A stretch of DNA of 55,398 bases, counting the filler, from Catajapyx aquilonaris (Eukaryota): NCBI GenBank assembly GCA_000934665.2. It is 2 parts of 2 records of this genome, joined end to end, with 100 filler letters (N's around TTAATTAATTAA, not from the genome) between each part and the next. Parts side by side here need not be neighbours in the genome. Positions count along the whole stretch, not along the records: positions 1 to 27,637 come from JYFJ02005028.1; positions 27,738 to 55,398 come from KZ539271.1. One strand, 5' to 3'. Under the pieces are notes generated by a model, which saw only the letters and a list, made by a program, of their open reading frames with translations, was not told where the DNA came from and did not search any database. This document shows positions 14,144-28,259 of the stretch, in pieces. Positions within the stretch are counted from its first letter, which is position 1, and every line of letters starts with the position of its first letter. Made by a program: the position numbers and the translations under genes.

Positions 14144-16495
14144 GCTTGTGGCGTGGTTCGGAGGAGTGCTGCGGGGTGTATGGTGGTGACAGAGCACTTG
14201 CTGGCCGGTTACTTGCTTTCTGTTTGAGCCTGTCCGCCAAGGGCGACGGGATACGCTGGAGAAAACGGGAAAACCTACGCATGCGTTACATCGACTCACC
14301 CGATTCCGTACCGCCGAACTATATAGGATTGAACTGTGGACAATTTCTGGCTGCAATGCGTTGCATCAATAGGGTGGGCCAACCTCTTCAACAACGGACA
14401 GGGTGTGACCACACGCCAATAATGCAGGCCGGACAAATTGACATTAAAGAGAAGCAAAAATCACGGATCGTAATAAAATTAACGAAATATTAATAAACAA
14501 TAATAATTTTTCCAGCGCATTTGCATACAGCTCAGTCTATTTTGAGGCAATTTTTTCGCCCGAAGCTACTATTCGATTGTAGCAAGTACGTGGAATATTT
14601 AACCCCAGCTTTGCGGTTCGGTTGTGAATAGGTCGCACATGCCATTTGCAGTGTGGGACATTGAATTATTGTCCGTTGCTGCATTGCGGGGCAAAGCTAT
14701 AAGTTGTCTGCATAACAATAAGAATATGGGATCAAAAATTTAATATATGTCCAGCATTAGTTCGGGCATAATAACAAGCCATAAAATATGACTAACAGCT
14801 AAGTGGATTGTTACAGTGTGGGCTTAAAATGTTATTATTCCACTCGTGTCCAGAAACCAGTCAAAAACAAGGCTACAAAATTGCGCTGCGGGCACCCGAT
14901 TATTTCATTACAGCATGTAATATGCGGACCGACTAGCCATATTTGTGCTAAATTGGTCAAATGCCATCGAGTATAATTTATAATATAAAATTTTAATACA
15001 ATTTTTTTGGGGGTGCGTCTGTGCCAAGCTAACATTGTTTACTTCCAATCAATACAAGACTGGTAAACGAGCTCCAAAATTTCCCGATAGACCACACCAC
15101 CCTGGGACCCCGTTGTCTGTCACAAGCACACTGTACACATTAGGATAGCTATCTTTAGGCCGTTAGTTGAAAGCATCCGGAGCTCATGTCCCGGATTACT
15201 GAAGTGTAAACTGTAAACGCGACTTGCCGATTGCCACGATGGGCTGCGAGTGCATAATGGCATTTTCATTACGTAAAACCGTAGTTGAAACCGAGCTTAA
15301 TTGGTGGTATGTGCGCACTTCCAGGGGGATGTAATGAGTCCTTATCCGGCGGAAACAACTTGTACAGTATGAGAAAACAATGTCACCAACATATCGACAT
15401 TGTAATGTAAAAAAAAAATCAACAAAAGCGTAACTTGGTTAAAATGGATGTAATCTATGGTCTCACATGAAATTGTTCTCTTACATAATAATGTCTTGTC
15501 TGTATGCCCGGGCTTTCAGACTACCCACTTTCAGACTACTGAGAGTGCTGAAACCTGGCACGCTGATTGAGGGAAAAATTACAAAACTACATTTTTTTAT
15601 TCTAAATAGCTTACCCAAAATGTGGGAATTTTTCTGGTTTAGCGGTAAACGAAAATGTCAATATCGTGTAGGCTATTTTCGATTCCAATAAATGGATTCT
15701 AAAATGCACGTAGTACGCAATCTAAAAGCACTTCTAAGGTTTCTACCTTTTCATGCCACGTAGGGCTTAATTCAGAGTGACAGTACACCTATAGGTCTAT
15801 AATAATGTATTTATATCGGGGTTTATTTGTGGAAAGGGGGTAGAGTTTTCTGTAGGCGATATAAAATTGAAATGAAACGGAAATGAGATTTCACGAGCTG
15901 GGAGACTTTCCAAGTTCCCAGAGGATGTCTGAGGCTTTTCAAAATAGTGTGAGCATAAGTTGGGGGGGGGGGGGNNGGGGGGGGGGGGGGGAGGTGATGG
16001 GCGCCATTCACTTGGAGGGCGAATTGATTCTAAGCATGACTTGACCATCTCGTTCCAGTTCCATTCAAACTTCATGTCTGCCTCTACATCAATTCGATTA
16101 CACTATTCAATTTCTCGGTCTGCTCCAGTTCCGTTCATCTCTGTACCATTCATATATTTAATTGAAGCACAGGAGAGAATCATACTGTTGCATAGACCTA
16201 CTTTAAATATGAAATGACATGTCGCATGAAAATATCCATTTTATAAAGGAATATTTTTAACTCAATTTTGACATATACTATACCTATACTATACCTATAC
16301 CAGTAATGCAAATCCGATTTTAAAATATATTACGTGAAAAATGTTTATTGCTCTTCGCATAATTACATATCAGTCGCATACGTGTTTCCATTCGATCCAC
16401 TTCCTCTAATAAGCGAATATGTTTAATTCGCTCCAAACAAAAATCATTTCCTGCTGAATGCCAGTAAAGTGCTGAATAAAATGATCGGATATATT

Positions 16496-16649
16496 TTTTC
16501 CACTTTTCACCCGACATGCCGGGGCAGAATTGCACTCCCTACTTTGCTCAGGGCCAGGAGAAAAGGCCTGGTGTTTAAAGACTGTCAACAGTGACTACCG
16601 CACAGCGCCCTCCCTTGGGAACCTCCCTATCACGGGGTATAAAAAAAAA
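16496..16649 (+). mobile_element. 5'-truncated SINE, family 3
   Basis: Matches body of the 35354 SINE (cttttcacccgacatgccggggcag), poly(A) tail, TSD gatcggatatatt (16483-16495 / 16650-16662). Confidence 0.85.
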
Positions 16650-17496
16650 GATCGGATATATTGTCGGAAAAAAAGTTGATATGCCCTAGTTACAAAGTTA
16701 AGCGTAGAAAGTAACAAGCGAGTCAATATTTTAAACAATTCAGTATCGATAGAGCCAAAAATGGGATCTCACATTTGTTATGCAGCCTGAGGTGCTCAGG
16801 GAGTCCATATTTTGAATTCGTCTGAGCCCCTTTAAGCCCCTTTAATTTGGCCTAAAAATTCTAAATTCGCGAATCGTTAGGTCCTGCTTATGAGAATACC
16901 AAATTTAGGTCCTCCAGTGGCTGCATTTTTTTTCTTTGAGATTATTGATTCAATCCCATTTAGCAATGATTTCGGAAAAGCTAGAGGTGCAGGACTTGAG
17001 AATATCACTTTATAATGGAGGTTGCCATTTTTTTGGTCCTACTCCTAGCAAACTTGAGACTTCCAACACAGTGTTAAATCAATGTAAGTGCAGCAGTTTG
17101 AGTGACCTTTCCTAAAATCCTATAATTATATTTTAACTTAAAACATGGCATGTACGGTATTAATTATTGAACAGACGCTTAGAGAATCTTTATGATAGAA
17201 GGGGAATCAAAAGCAGCTTAACCCACAAAGTCCCTCATTAATGGAAGTGTTTTTCTAGTGTTCTCCCTAGAGGCATCCCGAAAAGTAATCTTCACGACCC
17301 GTGACGTCAGTGCCTTTAATTACGTCCTTTCTACAAGTCGCCTACACATTGATTCATGTCGTACGATCCCTGAAACGTTCATTTCCAAAAGTTTTTTTTT
17401 TTTAAAAACAGAGGTCCCAGTGACGTCAGTTAGTTCACTCTTCGATCCAGGAACTCCATCTGGAAGATTAGGTGAGGAATAATCATTCATACTTAC

Positions 17497-17559
17497 CCAT
17501 CGCGGAGTCTGACATGGTTGTTAAACGTACAGTGCCGACATAAATGAGCGAAACAAAAC
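17497..17559 (-). other. Candidate non-coding 5'-UTR exon of the receptor gene
   Basis: 63-nt segment between acceptor atttttcag and donor TGG|GTAAGT; contains ATGs that would form a uORF if spliced to 14255. Confidence 0.3.
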
Positions 17560-17573
17560 CTGAAAAATACCAT

Positions 17574-17792
17574 GGGCCGAATTCAGAGAGGTTGCTTAAC
17601 GTAAACGCGCCCGATTAAATCCTTTAGTCATCCTCGATTAGCAAATTTAATCAACCTGCTAATACAAAGACGGCGATTAGCGCTAAACGCCCCCTAATCG
17701 CACTTGCTAGCACTTTTAAATTTGCTAATCGAGGATGACTAAAGGATTTAATCGGGCGCGTTTAAGTTAAGCAACCTCTCTGAATTCGGCCC
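17574..17792. mobile_element. Palindromic MITE, PIF/Harbinger-like
   Basis: Near-perfect ~75-bp TIRs starting GGGCCGAATTCAGAGAGG; 3-bp TSD CAT on both sides. Confidence 0.88.
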
Positions 17793-19880
17793 CATTATTA
17801 TGTGGTCCTATAATTAAAAAAAGTGCAGCTGATAAAGATTTCAATTAACTTATGTAACTGTTTTTTTGGGGGCTTCATCTGGTCATATGGAGCGAGAAAA
17901 TAGCAGTTATATTTTCATCAAATAAATTCTAATTAAATAACAAATATTTCAAAAATTGAAAAAGCTACACCAATAACTTTGTGCTTTCTGAACAACAATA
18001 GACAATTTCTAAATCGTTCTTGATCACCCTATGCTTTTTAAATATATAGATTCGATGCATATAATATGTAAGCGTAAATCAGAAAGTGTAATGACACGTG
18101 TACTCTCTGGTATGTTAAATATACCGCATTATTCTGCCACCAAAATGAGAATGTGTCGCAGCCAAACTTTAATCGTTACTTTCTCGAAACATGTTTCCCA
18201 GCATTTACTAAACACCCCGAGAAGTCTTTCACTAAGCCTCTTTAGAAGTCCCGCTCAAAAAGCCACAAGAATTCAAATGGGCTTCACCATCCTAAGTACT
18301 CTCGGCTTCCCAAAAAAAAAAAATCAAATTTAAAGTCTCCACTAGCAAAAAAACTACGAATTGTGTATAAAAAATGGGTTTCCCCACTCTGAACAATTTG
18401 CCAACTTTAAACGTGCAAATTCCATCCAGCTTGACTGCGGTTGGTGCAAGTTTCATTTACAAATTGTTAATTTTACGAGCAGACTAATGCATGCCATTTC
18501 CTAAGTCTTGCCCACAAAATTCAGCATGATAAAAAATGGCATGCACTTGGCAGCTCCGAATTTCTAGTTAGGCTGGAAAACCCCAATTTGTGTGGTGTCA
18601 GCAAAGAATATGGAATTTATTCAAAAAAAATGTGAACAAAATTCTGAATTTGGCACCCCGCAGTATTTGACGCATTTGTAATTAAAATGGGATAATATAA
18701 TGTTAGAATAATCAGTAGAGTGCTGCAGGTGACCGTGTTTTGAATTTGGCCGTAAACAATATGGCCAGCCGGATTATCCTATTGGAAAGTGGTGTCTAAA
18801 TATGCAGTAGAATGTTAAGTAATGTACGAGTATGGTCGAATTACTGTGGGTACCAAACCATAATTTGATATTCACATAGACTCGTTATTGACATGCTGAG
18901 CTTCAATCATAATGAATCATTCACATTACAGGTAAACTACCCGTTGACAATGCCCCCCATGATTGTCCACGTAGTACCGCATCGCTGACATAGATGGCGC
19001 ACCGTGCCTCTCTGCACACTACTGCCACTCTCAAGGTCATGCGGAGGAAGGTGGTACTACATGCACCTAGCTGACACACTCACAACCTTTTTAAGTTACC
19101 TTCTTCCTAATCCACATTAATCTCATTAATGAACATGGATTTAAGCATACGGACAGGTAGGAATATCCAAATAAAGTTTCACGGGCTGGTAAAGCTCGGG
19201 ATTGAAAGGGAAAGTGGAGAATGTGTTCAGCGAATAAGTGCAAATATTGAATAGGGACAACCTCGAGCTATGAGCGAGCCAAGGAAATCTATTCCAATTT
19301 TGACTTACAAGCCTTAGGAATATACTGCTAACCAGGAGAGAAACGTATAGAAATTTAACATGTGAAGCGTGGATTCACGTGACTATATAATGACCCTGAG
19401 GAATTGAATAATAACTTTTTGCTGCAGTAGAGATCGTAACATCCTCCAAGCTGGATTTACGTTAGCATGAGTTTGAATAGCAATTACTGCGGATAATATC
19501 TACGAAGCATTAATTTACAGTTTCTCCAATTCAAATTGTTTTAAAGCAGTTACTTTTATTGGTTATTAAAGAGAGGCATCGATCAGAGGCCACAATTTTG
19601 CGAAGCCTGATTTCATTATATTCTCACATTACTTCGGGGCATTACTGGGCCTAATCGAGGATACGAGTAGCGAAAAGGCAATTTGCGGATGTCTATAATT
19701 TTACAGGGGAGAAAAATGTGTAATTGTCAATTCCACACGTCCTTTTGGAACGTAGTTTTAGGAGAGAGAACAGTCAGTATATTCCCAACGATAATAACTC
19801 AGGTTCTACTACTGCAACTGCGCTGTAATACAGCCCTGCTAGAAATTGGTTGAGGTTCACCCGACCGTATATGCACTTAC

Positions 19881-19970
19881 CTCGCAAAAGGACTCGTAAA
19901 TCCTCAGGCATATAATACTCTATGAGATCAGCTGCTTGGTATAAGGTCAGGTGAGTTCAAGCTACCGCCT
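19881..19970 (-). other. Candidate non-coding 5'-UTR exon of the receptor gene
   Basis: 90-nt segment bounded by a long polypyrimidine acceptor (tttctctacttcttttacag) and a consensus donor GAG|GTAAGT on the receptor strand. Confidence 0.45.
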
Positions 19971-22900
19971 CTGTAAAAGAAGTAGAGAAATTGCATGTAA
20001 CATTCGCCATTTCAGGGATATCACATTTAATGTAATACTGCAGATTGAGATAGTTTCATGTTTCATGTAGTATGGAATAGATGACTCCTAGAGATTACGC
20101 AATTCGTAAAATGTTTTGATTATAATTTTTCTTGTCAAAAATGTAAATTTTCTGCATTTCTTAAGAGGAGTTAATTCTCACACGTAGATGTAACAAATTG
20201 TGCATGTTTCAGAGGGCAAATGAAAGTTGAAGGAAAGATCGGTTTTAAAATATGGGCCAGGAAATTTCAGCAATGACGAAGAACAGCCGACTCATTTCCT
20301 ACACGTTACCATTTAGAGCACGTATTCCGAGTCGAATTTATTTCAAACCCCGAATGAAACAAACGTGACATATCGAGGACATTAAATGTCACACTGATTA
20401 ATTTTATGCCTGATCACAAGAATATTTAATCAAACTCTTAATTCAGCCCCAATTTGACACCTGCCTTTGTCCTGTAATGTCAAAAAGATTGGAAATGAAC
20501 GGCAGTAACCTATACAGAGGCTATTAATTTTTTGCATGCAATTAATGAGATGCTGTAATGGTCCAACAGCGTTTCCATGTTACACCCAGTCTGTACGTGT
20601 TAAAACCTAATAAAGTTCAGTAGTTTAAAGCACGTCCTGAATTTTAATAAACCCATTTACGTAACGTGATAGGTCCTCACCTCCAGAAGGTTGTAATGTA
20701 TAGACTTAATTTACCATTAAGGATCTGAACACACCTCTTTAAGCACCTTTTGATATCAGGTACACCGTATTATCCTCGTGCAAAAGCCGGAAACATTCAT
20801 ATTTAATTAAGTATTAATTACTCCTTCCGATGTTTCATCTGAACTGCACGACCCAACCACAGCTATTAAGGCGAAATAAACCGCTCTAATTACACATTCT
20901 CATCTTATTATGAGGAGATATAAAGACGTTTGGTGCTAAAGAAAGGGTTTCTGGCTTTCAGTAATTAATACGCAAATCAAGTGATTCGGAAACTAAAAAT
21001 TAGTTCAAAGGAGCACGTGGATGGCCTATAAACAAAACGGCAATGTTGCAATCCGGCCCACTCAGTTGAGAGATTTTGCAGGATTTCAGCTCTAAATTTA
21101 TTGTCGCATTCCAAACTTCAGCGTTAAAAATTATGGCTTTGTTATTAAGCCGGATGCTAATTAGCGCTAGTAATTTCGGACGTTCAGGGACAGGTGGGAT
21201 TAGGCTAAGTGCGTGCAAATCGGTCGATTATGCGAATTGCTCTAAAGTTTGTTGTAGAGCAGGCTTCTCAGGAATATCTCTGGAGTTCTAGAGTTAAGTG
21301 TAATAGTCGCATTTGTGCAGGCTGACTGGTCAGTATATGGTCAATGTTATGAAAAATTTAATAATGGAGTTCTAGACTTGGTATGGCCACTTTTCAGCAC
21401 CAAAATGTCATTTTTAGATCAATTATCGCGAGTTTATAAATTGGAGCGAAAAAAGGGGTATACCTGGCCTCATTCTTACTCCGGACAAAATATGGTTATT
21501 ATGACGATCCAAGCTCAACTCTTGTCTCATTGCGAAACATATTGCACAACAGGCTTAATAACCCTACCACAAGATGCCATAATTCTGAGAGCAATTCATA
21601 CTCATTTCAAACAATTATCAACAAAAATGTATGCCAACCTCCCACAACTTACTTTTTCGTCTGCCCCAGAAAATTGAGACGTAATTCGGTACAGCACAAT
21701 ATCCTTGTAGTTATCTACCTCACTTGCACTACAGGTGGAATGAAAAACATGAGCATTATCACAGCAGAGTGTCCCTTCTTTGGCTTTAAAAAGTTTGCCA
21801 AACTGTAACGAATCCTATGGAGATAACCAGTCGCCTCGAAAATTGTCGCGTAAGTCCAAAAACTGGGCAAGGACAACAATGGCGTAATCCCGACGGTCAA
21901 TTTTAGGCACGATTATGGTAATTAGGGTGATCAGAGACGCCAAAATGCTTGAAAGTGATGGGCATTTTCGTCACCACATGGCGCTAGTTACGTAACGCGG
22001 TCATCTTCAAACCAGCCATGCTGCAATCTTGGCGCCGGATATTATAAGTAACCGGGGGTTTATTCAGGGCAATTAAACATTACACGATGGCTAATGAAAC
22101 TTTGCTAAACTGACTAACTTTCTGGGAAAGCTGCGGGAAACTCCTGTCGCTTCTAATTGCAGCTGGCCATGACTTTAGAAAGGAAAAGCCTCTCGCTCTC
22201 TATGGTCTATATGGCTCTATGCTATCGATCTATCCGTAGTCTAAACTCTAGCTAATAACCTAGTCAGTTTGTTGGCGAAATCTGATCATTACGTAACGAG
22301 CCTACGCATCGTAGGATTTGCGTGGGATTCCACGTGAATAGGCTAACTTGTCATGTCGATTGACGACTAAATGTCATCAGTGGGAGTCCAGCATATAGTG
22401 ATAGTAAATAGGGAAAAATTGAGCGAAAGTAGAGCTGCAACTATTTTATCTTCAGCAACTGTTTATTATTATTCCACACTGTTTTCTGGCTTAGTCGCAA
22501 CTGACTTTCAGTAAGCCTATAGAGCTTAGAGTAACGAGAGTAATTAATTCAGAAGCTTTTTTTTGCCCCGGGGCCAAGTGTGGGCCGTGCCAAGGCCTGA
22601 TGGTAACAACACGGCGCAATCTGTTACCGTTGCCTGTTTGTTGCTTTTTCTCCGTCCTGTATCTGCAGGCGGTCTAATTGTAACTGGCGCTGCTGTATAA
22701 GCCAATAAGAAGTTTGACGTTGATCGACTAATTAGGTGATGGAAATTAGGCCAAGGAGTTGGGGAGGAGAAAAAAGTAATGGTTCAGACTTTTAGTATTT
22801 TGTAGAAGCTGAATTTTTCGGATTGTCATATTGATTCGGATGGTGCGGTAATGGTATCCCGCAGATGTTTGGGAGACTCTATCCACAGCTGGGAAACTAG

Positions 22901-25900
22901 GATGTCTGAACTGTTTAACAGCAGGCTTCTCAACTACAGGTTATATACAGGGTGATCCTCCCAAAAATTGAGCACCTAACACTAATTTGTCTTCTGTCAT
23001 AGTGTGGGTTCCATTAACCAAGCCAACTGTATCTACAGAAATTTTTTATTTAAAAAGTAATCTTTGGAGTGTGTTTATACTTCGCCCAATTGTAAAGGGA
23101 GTTCTCCTAAATAGCTTTTTGGAGTTCACAGCCCCAAAGTGTTCCCGGATATTCACTTCCTTGAATAAACATGCCTTGCGACCTAAGTGTTCCCTGGTGA
23201 TGTACAGATGCAGAATCAGGGACTTTAATGTATGGAAGCCATTCCTTCCCAAAAAAAATCTAACTGGAGGGATAAGTACGAGTAAATTACTCCCTCTAGA
23301 GCCGTAATTTATTTCCTAGAAAACAGGTTGCAAAAAAATCTAAACACATCGCGAGGGGCCTCATCATGATGTAATGAAGTATTTAGGTAATGAAGTTGCT
23401 TTCCCTTGTCTCTCATTTGAATTTTCAATTACCGAATGTAACTTTAAAACATCTAGTGTGAGCAGTAACAAGCTAATTTACTAACATATAAGTTATCTTG
23501 ACTTATGTAACTTTGGACGAGCAACGTACCTTGGATGAAAAACTGTGGAAGCAGCCTAGCCTGTATATGAAAGTGTTTGTACTCGGGTCTTGCAACAGTT
23601 CATGCAAATCGTTGCACAAACCAAACACGAACTCAAGTATAATCCCGGGCCCTATTATGTGCACGCCATAATCAGTCACATACAGTACAACGTGCTCCGG
23701 ATTAGAGATTGTCCTGTGCATGCGGGACCCATCACGAAAAACCAGAGGTGTTTTCTTTGCTCCTTCGAGAAACTCCCATCCATCTTAGCTCAATGGTTCC
23801 AGAAAAAAAAGTAGAGACGTTACAGTTGCGGTCCAAATCACTGGGGCGGAACACATCCGTCTTGAGCAGCCTGAAAGAGCAGATCTGAACAAATCGGAAA
23901 TTAATTTTTCTTGATACGTTGAGCGAAAATTTATTAAGCATATCTTGACCTAATCTCATGGCATGTGCAACTCTCATCTGATTCATAACTGCTGATGCAA
24001 AACGGCTCATTTTAAGCTGGGTTGGTGTTAGAGCCGGCTACTGTATAACAGAGCTCATGTTTGATCAAAAGCTGCCACAAAATATGCGATGCTAGTATGT
24101 GGCTGGGACAGCAGCGGATTATTTTGTTCAAAGGGGTTGTCTGTAAGCCACAAATCTGATTGAAGCCACTTTTCTTGTCAATCATTGTACGTATACGATA
24201 ATTCATGGGTGTATTAACACGTCAACCGGTCCTGAACATGATATAAATTGAACTGCGGACAGTTTAGTCGATGATACAAAGATGCACTCTCACACTGCAA
24301 ATGCGATGTTTCATTTTGCAGACAAGTGTGCTGTTGATATAGTTTTGTCGCCGATTGTCTGACACGTTATGCAAGGAAGAATATAATTATTATTGTGTAG
24401 CTTTCGGTGGGTCTCATTCCTTTTTATGCAATGCTACATAGTGAGGGGAACCCCCACCAAAAATCACGTAATTTCAAAACACTTCATTTGCCTGGAAAAG
24501 TCTATATGAGAAATGTGCCAGTTCTGGGAGAATCACATACAATCGTGATTACTAATCCTTAGAACCAAAAAAACGTTCTCTTCATGGAATATTCAGCATG
24601 ATGAGTGATACTAAGAGGATGAGCTGATTAACATCCGTCCCTTTGAAGTCACGTATAGGACGAAACTTGAAGGATTATTAGCCTGGGAGGCAATTAATGA
24701 GAGGCTGCAGAATCGGAGCACTATCCCTTGGCGTAAAAAATATTACGGGCTTTTAAAATTTGATAGCATTGACTAAAGCAGCTAAAATTGGCATTAAGGG
24801 GGATGCTTTGTTCAGTGCCAGAATATTACTCTGCCTCTTGCACTTACGTTAAATGTTATCTCGTAAACTTAGAAGTGAGAAGTGACATGAAATGGGTCCA
24901 TATGTGTAATTACGTAAGGGAGAGTATATTAATTTTTACAACAAAATGTACGTAGACTCACTAGGCTACTCTTTCTCCAGAATGTTTCCCCCCCCCCACA
25001 TGACGTAATGGTTGCACAAATATATTGTGAAACAATTCGTCATAATATGTCCTGGATCAAAGTCTTATTTTATGTTCATAGGAATACACAATCGCGAGAC
25101 TTATTTTATTATAACTTATAAAATTATTCACGAATACATAAAATGTAGGTCACCTGTAGGACTTGGTTCTAGATTCCAGCTGAAATAGTTCAATAACCGA
25201 GATCTACTAGTATGTTCAGAAAACCAACGTAGTCAAAAGTTACAACTCTCACAATAGAAAATGCAAATTGAAAAGGGATGCCACGAGGATAAAGACCTTT
25301 CCAAGTTTCTACGAGGTTGTCAAAATTAATGCAAAAAGTTATAGTCTTCTGAAGTTCTGCCTAATAGGTTTACCACGTTTATTCAGCTCATTATTAATGT
25401 ACAGTACCTACCTCACACATTGTGCAAAGAACTGACAATATATAGTAGACTATGAAATTACCCGCACTTGGATCGTACCCTGCCTAATTGTTGCTAGAAA
25501 CATTGTACTTATCTGCAACTTTTATACTCAGCACGTAAGATCTCCACCCTCCGTGATACTAACTGTTTCCACACTTGGCCCAGACTATTTGGCTATGGCC
25601 TGCGAACACTTTTGGTTACCCACAATGCTCTTCCATTATTGCGATCCTGAACCGTTATATGCATGAGAGCACAGCACTAAACTTTGCCCTTAGAACTCTC
25701 TGCTGACTAGTTATTGCAACTAAATATGTACGAATTAATTAACATTTTCCAGGAGGAAGGAGGTTGCAATGATTAATTTTCGGAATTTTTGACCCCAAAA
25801 TATTGAGTTGATATTGCTCCTAATATTAGTTGCGAAGTTCAGTTAATATAACGTGAAGATGGAAGGATAAGATCTCTTAGAAGTTGTAGTGGAAGTTTAT

Positions 25901-27137
25901 TTTATTACATGTTGGTTGCTTATAGTAGGTCTATATTGCTCACACAATATTAAATATATAATTTCAAATTAGTTTCGACAACACAAAATATTTTTTGTAA
26001 TGAATAATATAGATCACGCACATTTGCGTAATTCCTAACCAGTAACTACTAGTCGATCGAAGTCTGGAAAGTCGCTCCTGAATTCCGGAGGACAAACTTA
26101 TTTGGCCAGATTCCAATCCCAATTTAATTTTCTGCTACTGTTGTAGGCCTAACGATCCACGTCCCGTATCTAACGTCATACAAAAGCAGCATCTGCGTAC
26201 ATGCTCCGTTTGATATTGGCCCGCAATGTACTGTACAGTGCTCTCAACCAGTGCTAACCTATCACGCTTTCAGGTTTAGTTTACCACCTATAAATACCGT
26301 ACTACACTGAGTAGCGGAAGCTTTGAAACGTTCTCACTACATTGTGCTGCATTTGCCACCTGTTTTTTGTCCAGAAAAGTACGACAAACAAACTATGATC
26401 AGCACTCTGTCAAGAAGTTACAAAAAAATACACTACTACAGTATTGATACCTGTACTGTCCGTTGGTTTTCCAAAACTATTTTTGACAACTTTGATCGGC
26501 CGTTTGCCAACAACTGACAAATAAAGTCCAAAAGGACCTGCCCAAGGTTATCCTGACTAATAAAGGCAACCCACATGGCACAATGATTCGTGTCTTTAGA
26601 GTGGAGCATATCACTGAAACGTGGCAACGTAGGGGAGTTGGATCAAAATGGCTGCTGTCAAGCCACTCTAAGATAATAATCATTCAATGGAAGACTGACA
26701 GTGCGAGATCCGCGAGATCACTCCTCTTCCACAACCAGCTCTTTGGACCAAAGCAAAGGTCTGACCTGTTTTGCCGACGAACGCCATATTGAATCCATGC
26801 GCGATAGAGAAAACGCGGGATATCTCGTTTCGGGTTTGCATTTCACATGTTGGTCATTTTGTCCCACGCGAATATTTTTCAACATTCTTACGGCGTAAAA
26901 CCACATGAATTTTCGTCGATTTTCGTACATTTAGTTCTACCAATCAAAATGTGCACCATGTCGCAACATTTAAGGAAGAATACTAAGCCCGCCAGATAGC
27001 ACCACCAACCCATCAAAGACAGTGGCGACCACAGCGGGCTTTAGCGCAGCTTTAGCGTAAAACTAGATGAAACAAGATGAGCCTAATTTTTGTCGTTTGG
27101 GTTGCGGGGTTACTCAGGATAACCTTGAACATGTCCT

Positions 27138-27326
27138 CAGAGTTGGGTAAGTTACTTTTGAAATGTAACTGGTTACAGTTACAGTTATTCAGTCCAAAAA
27201 AGTAACTAGTTACAGTTACAAGTTCCTTTGACCAAAAAGTAACTAGTTACAGTTACAGGTACAGTTACAGTTACTCATGAAGTTACTTTCCGTGGTCTGT
27301 CACCGCTGCTGTAGATGGATGGGGGA
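27138..27326 (+). mobile_element. Left arm of hAT-type MITE (same family as 45330-45956)
   Basis: cagagttgggtaagttacttttgaaatgtaactgg... near-identical to 45330-45513, with (GTTACA)n subterminal repeats. Confidence 0.85.
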
Positions 27327-27637
27327 GTAAAGTTCTCGCTAACTAACAACAGCAGAACCAATGTTTTGTGTGTAAGTGTAACTGATCTCTCTCTCTCTCT
27401 CTCTTACACATGTGTGATGTACTTTTCCCATATTCTTAATGTAGTATTTTAAAAAGTCATTTGCATTCAGGAGTAATTTACCCCGTCGTAAAATTTTACG
27501 TCATGTCGTAACAAGCACCCAAAAATGCGGAAAAATGAGCTGCTCCGGACCTGTGAAGCCGATTTTTATATTTAGCTATAACCTTTCGGCAAATAATAAT
27601 TTTGTCAAAATTTGACTGATTTGAGATCTATTAGAAG

Positions 27638-27737
27638 NNNNNNNNNNNNNNNNNNNNNNNNNNNNNNNNNNNNNNNNNNNNTTAATTAATTAANNNNNNN
27701 NNNNNNNNNNNNNNNNNNNNNNNNNNNNNNNNNNNNN
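27638..27737. other. Assembly gap with artificial six-frame stop linker
   Basis: 100-base N run with TTAATTAATTAA at its centre (27682-27693). Confidence 0.92.
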
Positions 27738-28231
27738 ATCCTATTGCATGCATAGGTCATTCTTCTGGCTCCCGAACTCCTGGAAATATTCACTCTCCTG
27801 GCATTAGAATATCAGAGTTAGTTCCCCATATTTTCCCTGATTTGTGACCTCATATAGAGTAAGTGAGAATTTTTCCAGATTTTTAAAACAAGTTTTGAAA
27901 TTCATTAATTCTTGCTTTGAAAATGGTAAGTTTTTGGAGAATCACCCATATTCAAAAGTCGTTATGGGATGTGGTTTAACGTGTTTAAGGTGTGGTATAA
28001 AGGTGTATGGTGTGGCATAATGTGGTCTACGTAGGTACTGTGTCATGTAGTTTTCAATCTTTTTGCATTTGTGTGTTTTTTCACTTTGTAACGTTTGTGA
28101 TGTTTCGACTTCATGCACATGCAATATGCTCCATGTTACAGGTATGCCAACATTGTATAGCCATAATTATTTCAAAGGTTACTTAGCAAATCAATGACTT
28201 AGCCTACACCTACATGGAAAAGTATTTCATA

Positions 28232-28259
28232 ACCCGAGCAACGCTGGGTATCCTGCTAG
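28232..28259 (+). mobile_element. Helitron 3' terminus
   Basis: Hairpin acccgagcaacgctgggt followed closely by CTAG|T, the canonical Helitron 3' end. 5' end not located (possibly in or beyond the gap). Confidence 0.7.

Noticed and set aside
14144..14356. N-terminal extension of the 377-aa receptor ORF
   Set aside because: Starts at TTG and runs across a strong splice acceptor (14256); more likely intron/5' UTR than coding.
15962..15992. Poly-G/C runs with Ns (also 35706, 49621, 52042)
   Set aside because: Homopolymer tracts at sequencing breaks; lengths unreliable, poly-Gly/Pro ORFs spurious.
22946..24230. TA-CAGGGTG start and several short ORFs suggesting an old transposon or coding relic
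   Set aside because: No matching right terminus or clear protein motif could be established by eye.
27170..27285. Spaced GTTACA/AGTAACTAGTTAC repeats resembling an array
   Set aside because: Subterminal repeats of a hAT MITE; no unique spacers, not CRISPR or satellite.
27682..27693. TTAATTAATTAA island within Ns
   Set aside because: Artificial scaffolding linker with stops in all six frames, not biological.
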